DNA of 64,000 nucleotides from Octopus vulgaris. Its lineage: Eukaryota. Under the pieces are notes generated by a model. That model was not told the DNA's origin. It was given only the letters and a program-made list of their open reading frames with translations, and ran no database searches. Both the position numbers and the translations under genes were made by a program. Below, piece by piece: positions 54,855-64,000 of this stretch (within the stretch, counting starts at the first letter, position 1; each line of letters begins with the position of its first letter). The stretch lies in contig OX597834.1 in the NCBI GenBank assembly GCA_951406725.2, positions 8,928,001 to 8,992,000 on the forward strand, in the 5' to 3' direction.

Positions 54855-55555
54855 GGGTTAAGCAAAAAGTTGCTTCACCGCATACTGGAAATTTAGAAAT
54901 AGCAGCCAAAGACTGCTTATTCTTTTCACTACAGATATTACTCCACAGATAACAATATTTGTAACTCACATAGGCAAAAGAAGAAAAATAACGAAATCAA
55001 ACAATCTTCGATTAATTGTGGACGCGCTTCTGTGTTAGAATTATACAAATTCATTTCCGTCCTCAGCACAATAATTCGTTAATTTATGTATTTATATATG
55101 CATATACATGTATGCATATATATGCTAGTATTCTAGTGTATATGCACGAGAACACATGCATGTTGCCTTTTTGAGTCGTTAAGTACATCTTGGGTCGTAC
55201 TGACACACGAGGTGTCTTGCACATGCAAGGCCTATCCGTTTGTTTATAAGTGCCTTTTCCATGCCTAGTAACTCGGCTTCTCGACCAATAGAGACTCTTA
55301 AGTAACATAACGAGAAACATGTACGGACGAATTGATGAACAAACATCACATTAATGCAGAAATACGATATGAACATACTTCGATAAATGAAACAATTTAT
55401 AAATTAAGAAAATAGTAGCATCTGTCCTGGTTGACCTGAGTAGTTTTTCAATGATCCCAAAATGTTATGTATTCTCAGGATTTATAGTTAAGCGCATAAG
55501 AGTTTCGGTTTATTAATCTCCTGAAAACATAAAGGTTTATTATTCAAGTTTCGAT

Positions 55556-55710
55556 AGGCTTAGGAGTGGCTGTGTGGTAAGTAGCTTGCTTACCAACCAC
55601 ATGGTTCCGGGTTCAGTCCCACTTGGGCAAGTGTCTTCTGCTATAGCCTCGGGCCGACCGAAGCCTTCTGAGTGAATTTGGTAGACGGAAACTGAAAGAA
55701 GCCCGTCGTA

Positions 55711-55755
<45 letters not shown>

Positions 55756-55965
55756 GTTTCTGTGTCTGTGTTTGTCCCCCCAACATCGCTTGACAACCGA
55801 TGCCGGTCTGTTTACGTCATCGTAACTTAGAGATTCGGCAAAAGAAGCCAATAGGATAAGTACTAGGCTTAAAAAGAATAAGTCTTGGTGTCGATTTGCT
55901 CGACTAAAGGCGGTGCTCCAGCATGGCCACAGTCAAATGACCGAAACGAGTAAAAGAGAGAGTAA
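55556..55965 (+). mobile_element. SINE family A
   Basis: Head-to-tail match with a small deletion after CAGTCCCAC. Confidence 0.92.
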
Positions 55966-55992
55966 GCTATTTCTAGTCTACCGCCGCACATA

Positions 55993-56374
55993 TCTCTCTA
56001 TATATAAACGGCAGTTTGTCTGTGCGTGTTTCTGTGTGTCTGTTTTCTCGTACCCTCACCCTGACCACGGCTTTCAACCGATTCTGATGAAACTTGACAC
56101 ACACATAGCCCAATGTCATAATTCAAAACTAACGCAGTGAAAATTTTGTAAAGTTCCCCCAGTTCTGAAAAAAATCGATAAATTCGACATGGGGTCGAGA
56201 ATCAGAAACACGAACCACAAACTGTCTAGGGGACGCAACTCCACCTTTTTTAAATCTCAAAAAAAAATTAACCATTTTTTTCCATTTTTTTGCTATTTTT
56301 TGGCTATAACTCTCTAAAAATGCTTTATAGTTATTTCCCTTACAAACCTGAGCAACGCCGGGCGATACTGCTAG
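55993..56374 (+). mobile_element. Non-autonomous Helitron-like element
   Basis: A|TCTCTCTATATATAAA...CCTGAGCAACGCCGGGCGATACTGCTAG|T gives 5' TC, a subterminal hairpin, 3' CTAG and an AT target. Confidence 0.8.
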
Positions 56375-56479
56375 TTGTTTCATAAGATATTTCCTGACAT
56401 CGCAAACTTTCCGTTCAATGTAACAATTTATTTTGAATTTCACTAAATCTAGAATTACTACACATTCATTTCTTTCTAG

Positions 56480-56660
56480 TACTTGTATTTCAAAGGGCCA
56501 GCATTGTCACATTCTCTGTTGCGCTGAATCTCCTTGAGAACAAGGTAAAGGGTACGTGTGTCAGTGCAGTGCTCAAACACTTGCACGATAATTTCAAGAA
56601 CAGGTTTTCCTTTGACCAGTTCAGCTGGAACATACTTCGTTTTAACCGACGGAAAGCCAG
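56480..56660 (+). mobile_element. Old SINE family C 3' fragment
   Basis: GTATTTCAAAGGGCCAGCATTGTCACATTCTCTG...AACCGACGGA. A minus-strand fragment of the same family lies near 51150-51222. Confidence 0.7.
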
Positions 56661-57332
56661 TTTATATTTATTTGGAGATTTATTTTCCATAAATATTGCT
56701 ATTACATAAATTCTTCGTTTTGTGTAACATTACGAGGTTATGATTGCAAAGTTATTTCAGTGATTTCACAACCCTGTCGTCTAAATGGATTGAAAAAGTA
56801 GACCGTGTGTTCTTGGTGCATCTGCATTACTATACTCGTTGTGACAGTTTTATAACTATTTTTCTGTGCTCAATTATCATACTCATTTACGTAACTTGCT
56901 TGCTTGCACGTTAAGTGAGTCTGCAGCTGGTTCGTGGTATGACCTAAAGAAAATTGATATTTAGTAGTAGAGTAAGTTTTTGGCAAGAATCTAACGGGTG
57001 GCCACTGTTTTAAGTGGCAACATTGCAATGCTGGGTTAGAAGACTTGGTTCAGAGGAAACAACTAGAACGTGTACTATAGCCCAGACACACCTACTTCAG
57101 TCCGTTTGGCAATTTCCTACGTTCTCATACAAATTCAATTGCTCTGCGTTTATCTTGCCAAACACACACACACACACACATATAGATATGCATATACATG
57201 TATGTATATGTATGTATAATATATAGACTACACTCGGATATCTTGTGTGAGATGAGATAGATAGGTAGATGTGTGTATCGCGTTTCGTTATCAAATATGG
57301 TAGCGTTAAATATAGTTGAATATAAAGGACAG

Positions 57333-57395
<63 letters not shown>

Positions 57396-57520
57396 TTGCA
57401 AGATTTTTGATGCGAAATCGCGTGTTGAAACATCAATGAATAACGCTGAAGCAAAGTAACACCAAATATATAGTGCGTGTGTTTTTATTGGCTAAACTGG
57501 CAAAATGGTCATTCCTAAAT

Positions 57521-57578
<58 letters not shown>

Positions 57579-57586
57579 CACGGAAT

Positions 57587-57637
57587 TTTGTCAGTGAACA
57601 GGTCGCAGTTTCACAGCGACGAAAATGTTTTGACAAA
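57587..57637 (+). ncRNA. Minimal hammerhead candidate with G3:C8 core
   Basis: TTTGTCA-GTGAACA-g-GTCGC agtttcaca GCGAC-GAAA-ATGT-TT|-TGACAAA, immediately after (TA)n. Confidence 0.55.
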
Positions 57638-60025
57638 TTAAATTCTTTTAATAATCCATTTTTTTCTTGAGTAACAACTACAGACTTGGTCTTGTGTATT
57701 CTCACTTTTTCTCTACATACAAAGAAAAGATATAGTTTACTTGTCCATTATCTTGCTAGGTCATGACCTAATACCAGTGAATTGGTATTGCATTCATACA
57801 TTTACATTCCCACAGAAAAATTATCACACATTCAGACGTATATGGTGATTTGTCATTCAAATATACAACTAAATATAACTGCATAGTTTCTATGCAGGGC
57901 TATTAAGCACACTCTAACTAGGTCTGAAGAAAAGATAATAATTACCTGACCATCCAAATAACACATGAATTTACAATAAGACTACACTCGGATATCTTCT
58001 GTGAGATGAGAAAGGCGAAGATGACTAAAAGTGCCAATCTCATTTGAATCTAGACAAGAATTTCATGGGCTGAACGCAGCCAAGCTTCAAATTGCTATAT
58101 TATAATCACTTTAGGGAAGTGATTATTGCTAAGGTGTACAAGTTCAAGGCCATATGATTAATGCATCATAAAATGATGTTTGTTCAAGTGCGATTTTGGA
58201 AAAGCATATGAAAGTGAGGAATGAACAAAATTACTGAAGTGACGATAGGGAAACAGAAGGTTTGTGAAAGTGTAAAGAATGTGATCAATAATCAGAAGGT
58301 TGCGTTTCTGTGACCACCTCCACGACAAGTAACAACTTTGCATACATGCTTTTTGCAAAGAAGTTCCCGTATTTTCTCTTCCTCGTCCATTCATATTTCT
58401 TTTCCTCCTAATTCGTTTTTCTTTCGCCGAAACATCACGGGTATAAGATGCAATTCGTATTGGTATTCATTAATCATTTGAAATATGAGACTTCATATTT
58501 TCTGTTAATAATCCACTGTTAATAATCCACGCTCAGTCTACACACGGTGACTACCCGGATGCAGGTAAACACCAAATATTGTAAACACTCATAACTCTAC
58601 GAATGCCAAGTTCGTTGACAAAATCTAAAATAAAAATGCACTAAATCTTTTAATTAATTATTTTGTATTTACTCGGAAGAATACAGACATTTGCTAAAAT
58701 TCTTCAAACATTAAAACCCCCGACATCCTTAACTTAGAGATCACAATGATGACCTGTTCAGTTATTACAGGTGTGTGTCATTTTGTTAACCTCGAATAAT
58801 ACTTAACGCTTTCATTTCTCTCGCCTTCTTTATTTGTGCTTCCTAAAACTTATTTATCATCCTCTATTTTCTTTTGATTTCCCCTATTTCTCAATTCCTC
58901 CTGTCTCCCCTCTAATTCAGTTCATTCCATTCTGCTAGAATAAAGCTTTATATTCCCGTTATTCCCGTTCAGCTCATGTGATTACTCATCGATTTTGCAT
59001 AATTCCATTTCACAATTACACTAAAGCGGTTTTCGTGCTTGATCAAATTGTTGCATGTTGACAAACTTGAAAAAAAAAATCTTTTAAACGCTTCATGATC
59101 ATTCGACCAGATACATTTTTTCACATACCCAGATGCATATTTATAATATTTAAAATCTCATATTGCTTCGAATGCATGATCTCATACCGTGTTGGAATAA
59201 AGTCACATAACGTCATATGTTTGTTTCTATCGAATTTTGTTTTCATAAACATTTTTTATGGTTTATCTTTCGTAAATATGTGCATATAACTATGAGTATA
59301 AATCATTTCTAATATTTATCAACACGAAATTTAGCTGAAATGTGTACGCCTGGGGCAAACGCTAACATTCAACCGTGCAATCTACAGTTTTTACAAAATA
59401 AATTCCTCATTCACTCGAAGTCTTAGTTCTGATTCCAAAAGTCAACCAGCTTAGAGACACACAAAATCCATCCATCCTCGCCCGTATACGCATGCTTTCT
59501 GCGTTATGTAATGATTTAGATATATTTTCTTTTTCTTTTTATATTTTGTACGAATCTTTCCTTCTATTCTTACCATAGGAGATAAGTTCTTTCTGCACAT
59601 TTAACTATTCACAAACACAAACACACGCACGTACACATATACAGATATATATGGGAAAGAGGGGTCCAGTGCCTTTGCGGAACTGCAGAAGTGTACTTTG
59701 AAATTCTCCTTCAGAATAAAGCCTGCCAGAATTGTAGAGACAGATGTAATAGCTGTAGCTACAAGGAGTACATTTAGAGGCCTCGTCTGCTGCCTCATCT
59801 CTCGCCTTCGTAAACTATTTGTTTTCATTATTAAGAAGCTTAGGTTTCGCATTTCGTAGTCTCGTCTTTCGAAAAACCTTCAATCATGTAAGCATTTTCT
59901 AACGTACTCTAAAAATATTTCAGGGTTCAGCAAAAAAATTTGCTTTACCACATGCCGAACTTTTAGAAATAGCAGTCAAAGAATTTAGCTATTTCTTCTG
60001 TTAATAGAAGAGTCTCCCGTTATAT

Positions 60026-60235
60026 ATTCTTTACTCTTTTACTTGTTTCAGTCATTTGACTGCGGCCATGCTGGAGCACTGCTTTTATTCGAGCAACTGG
60101 ACCCCTGGTCTTATTCTTTTGTAAGCCCAGTACTTATTCTATCGTTCCCTTTTGCCGAACCGCTAAGTAACGGGGACATAAACACACCATCATCGGTCAT
60201 CAAGCAATTCTAGGGGGACAAACACAGACACACAA

Positions 60236-60282
<47 letters not shown>

Positions 60283-60463
60283 TATATATACACACACACA
60301 TATATATACGACGGGCTTCTTTTAGTTTCCGTCTACCAAATCCACTCACAAGGCTTTGGTCGGCCCTAGGCTATAGAAGACACTTGCCAAAGATGCCATG
60401 CAGTGGGACTGAACCCGGAACCATGTGGTTAGCAAACAACCTACTTACCACACAGCCACCCCT
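60026..60463 (-). mobile_element. SINE family A
   Basis: Reverse complement of the family A consensus. Confidence 0.9.
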
Positions 60464-60467
60464 GCTG

Positions 60468-60794
60468 TATATATATATATGTATATATATATGTATATAT
60501 ATATATGTATATATATATGTATATGTATATATATATATATGTATATATATATGTATATATATATATATATGTATATATGTATATATATGTGTATATGTAT
60601 ATATATATGTATATGTATATATATATGTATATGTATATATATATGTATATGTATATATATATGTATATATATATGTATATGTATATATGTATATGTATAT
60701 ATATATATGTATATGTATATATATATATGTATATGTATATATATATATGTATATGTATATATATATGTATATGTATATATATATGTATATGTAT

Positions 60795-60826
<32 letters not shown>
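60468..60826. repeat. (TA)n/(TATATG)n microsatellite
   Basis: Directly visible. Confidence 0.95.
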
Positions 60827-61560
60827 TCATACATGCAGATTTGCAGACATACGTGTGTGTATGTGGATGTATAATTCATATGTATATGCATCATATGGTG
60901 TATGCGTATATTGCATATACCTACATATACATGTAATAATCTACACATATAGTACTGAGCAAATACATAAGTATATATGCTTGTATGTGTCTCTAGCTGT
61001 ATGTAATATGTCCAGATTTATTACTACTGATATTTTTTAAATAACTTATAAGACATAGATACATTTATCTCAAAATGGAAAACAATACTGTAATCTCTCT
61101 TGCAGTTTTTTTTTTTTCACTTAATCTTCTAACTCCTAACTTAAAGCGGCCAAATATTTCTAAAGATTTGAAAATAAATCTGTTGCATTCCATAATTGCA
61201 CGCTAATACTTTTATATCCTCTATCCAATTTTGATATGCTTATTCTTGTTCACAAAGATAATATCGACTGTATCACACGCAAAGTAGATATTTATGTAGG
61301 TATTGAAATATTTTTCGATGACGTGAGTAAGAATGAATTTATATCGTTATATTATCAAGAACGTAGATTTTGTTGTTGTGAGTACAATATTGCTGCGATA
61401 CTGGTGAATAAATGTTTAAATAAAAGTGTTGGTGGGGTTATAATTGCCTGACTGATGAGATGAACGGAACTGAGGATTTTGTAACTGTGACTGCTTCAAA
61501 TGCAGATGATAAGGAGCGTGTAGGGTATGTCGTAGTGATGAGCGAAGAAAATGCCGATGA

Positions 61561-61590
61561 TGGTAGACGGAAACTGAAAGAAGTCCGTCG

Positions 61591-61635
<45 letters not shown>

Positions 61636-61867
61636 ATGAGTGTATATATGTTTGTGTCAGTGTTTGGCCCCCTAGCATTGCTTGACAACCGATGCTGGTG
61701 TGTAAATATCCCCGTCACTTAGTGGTTCGGCAAAAGAGACCGATAGAAACCCATTTCAGTGGGCTTACAAAGAATAAGTCCCGGGGTCGAGTTGCTCGAT
61801 TAAAAGAAAGGCGGTGCTCCAGCATGGCCGCAGTCAAATGACTGAAACAAGTAAAAGAGTAAAGAGA
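61561..61867 (+). mobile_element. SINE family A, 5' truncated
   Basis: Begins TGGTAGACGGAAACTGAAAGAAG and has the full tail. Confidence 0.9.
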
Positions 61868-62243
61868 TGCTAGTGATATATTAATGGATATTTCGGGAAG
61901 CAGGGATATGCTGTGTACTTCCAGAGAATTAATTATTGTTACGTGTGATGTTAATGAATATCATTGATGTATTTGAAATTGTGATGGCGTTTGTTATACT
62001 TTTGTCGAAGTGAAACAATTTGGGATTTTGTGATGTCGATTGTAGTGATTAAGAAGAGAATGAGTATTTTCATAAAGACTTAATAGGTCTCATGTGGTTG
62101 GTTTGGGTGGAAGGTTTTTTTTAATTTTCAAATGCGGGACGTACGTACACACGCATGCACGCACATACACCCGCACAAAAAAAGAACAGACACAAATATA
62201 GAGAGACAGATGGATTTAAGATTTCACAATCATACTAGCATAT

Positions 62244-62281
62244 AGGCGTAGGAGTGGCTGTGTGGTAAATATATTGCTTAC
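62244..62281 (+). mobile_element. SINE family A head only
   Basis: GGCGTAGGAGTGGCTGTGTGGTAA...TTGCTTAC, then unrelated sequence. Confidence 0.7.
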
Positions 62282-63786
62282 TTCCGGTTACCCAGAATGC
62301 AATACTACTTGGTCTGGACTGTTTCGGTGACAAGATGTGAGTTTTTTTTTTTTGGCTCCGTGAGTAGAAAAAAGAACAAAAAGAAAAATTGTCAATTATG
62401 GCTCGCTATAGCGAGCAAAATAGTGGGTTCTCATCACCTTAACGGTGAATTGAGAATTTCTGCTTAAAAATTCTTTTTGTAAATTCTAGTGCGCGTATGT
62501 CGCCAGTAAAAGTACACTTTTTCCGAACTGGAGTACTTCAAGAATAAGCCATTTGGATTACCTCTTTGGAGTATAATACAAAGGATTCCCTGTCTTTGCT
62601 ATTTGTGAGGTTTTTCTTTTACTTTTCCCTTCTATTTTTTCTTTCTTTCTAAATTTTGTTTCATTCTTTTCATTACTTTAATTTCAGTTTCCTCCTCTTT
62701 TATTTTGTTTTATTTTTATTCGGTTTGTGTTTTTGGCGGACTGTCTTTTGTACTACTTTTGAACTGTTTTTTGACATGACAGAGAAGGAACTTAAAAAGA
62801 AAACCTCTGTCTTAGAGTGGGAAATTAACCCGCCTAAACAGTGGTTAAAAGATATGTAGGAGAAGACGGTGGTGCTTAGAACTTATTCTGAACTTCTTAA
62901 TTCCACCACCGTCTTCCCAAAACAAGTTATAAAAAATGAACTTAAAGACTATTGTCCTCTTTAAAATATATATCCCGTGGTGTCAAAGTCCATAGTGCGT
63001 AGTACATACGAGGTTAAAAATGAAAAATATTTTCTAAGCAATGTCAGAGTCTCTATTTGCTGTCCGGCAATCTTTATTCGGATGTATTTTGCGCGAAAAT
63101 ACCTTAAGCTAAGCCTGAAAGCAATGAAGTTATAAAAGAATCATCTATAACTTGCAATTAGCAAAATTTATTAAACGTTATTACTGTTATTTCTTTATTG
63201 TCTGCAAACAAAATGCACAAAAAGCTACACGTTTGCATTACGTTATATATGCAATAATAATAAAGGACGTTGCCGTATACAGTTTTTGGTACTTGTCAAT
63301 TGTCGTGGTCCCGGTTTTGCACACGCGAATTCGCGCGCGCGCGCGCGCCAGACGTAGGTACTCGATACTCGAGATCCTACGAGGTGACTTGCGCACGCGC
63401 AGTGCAGAATTCGCGCGTGCGCGTTAAACCCCCCCCCTCCTAAAAAAAAAAGGTGTTGGATTTCACTAAAAATATATATGTGTGTGTGTGTATATATAAC
63501 ATTTTCAATTTTACACAAAAAAATTACATAGTCGCTTTCCTCGCGGATTTACAGAGAAATGAATTAATTACTATTTTACAGAATAAAATTAATGAATTAA
63601 TTATATAAATTAAATAATTCTTGAAAATTAATTAATATTAATAATATTTTTTGAACAAAGTAAATAATTTATAAAACTTGGTTAATAACTTTTTTTACAC
63701 AAACGCGAACGTATATAATTTGTGAAACTTTTTTTTTTTTTACAGACGTATATAATTTGGTAAACTTAATGAATTAATTTCTTCTC

Positions 63787-64000
63787 ATCATCATCATCGT
63801 TTAACGTCCGTTCTCCATGCCAGCATGGGTTGGACGGTTCGACCGGGGATCTGGGAAGCCAGAAGGCTGCACCAGACTCCAGTCTTATCTGGCAATGTTT
63901 CTACAGCTGGATGCCCTTCCTAACGCCAACCACTCCGAGAGTGTAGTGGGTGCTTTTTACATGCCACCCGCACAGGTGCCAGGCGAGGCTGGCAACGGCC
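63787..64000 (-). mobile_element. SINE-like family D 3' part (runs off the window)
   Basis: Minus strand GGTTGGCGTTAGGAAGGGCATCCAGC...GGACGTTAAACGATGATGATG; homologous to the 27046 copy. Confidence 0.8.

Noticed and set aside
61552-61580. CCGATGA...GAAAC
   Set aside because: Chance junction with a truncated SINE A; no stem II.

Overview
AT-rich, repeat-saturated eukaryotic non-coding DNA (intergenic or one large intron). The repeat repertoire resembles a coleoid cephalopod, probably Octopus; this is inference from recalled SINE families, not a database hit. I can support no host protein-coding gene, rRNA, true tRNA or CRISPR array. Nearly all long ORFs in the track are microsatellite artefacts. 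Supportable content: decayed transposon coding fragments (mariner transposase; CR1/L2-group, RTE, Tx1/L1 and R4/Dong LINE 3' ends), about 25 copies or fragments of four SINE-like families, four non-autonomous Helitron-like elements, many microsatellites and several local inverted duplications. The most interesting signal is a set of minimal type I hammerhead-ribozyme-like motifs at about 15.25, 34.2/34.3, 34.5, 35.3, 37.6 and 57.6 kb, mostly in short fold-back elements beside (TA)n and likely Penelope-like. Their catalytic cores differ (CCGATGA, CCGAAGA, TTGATAA, CTGACGA, GTGAACA) yet keep the position 3:8 pair as C-G, U-A or G-C. All structures were paired by eye and activity is untested.
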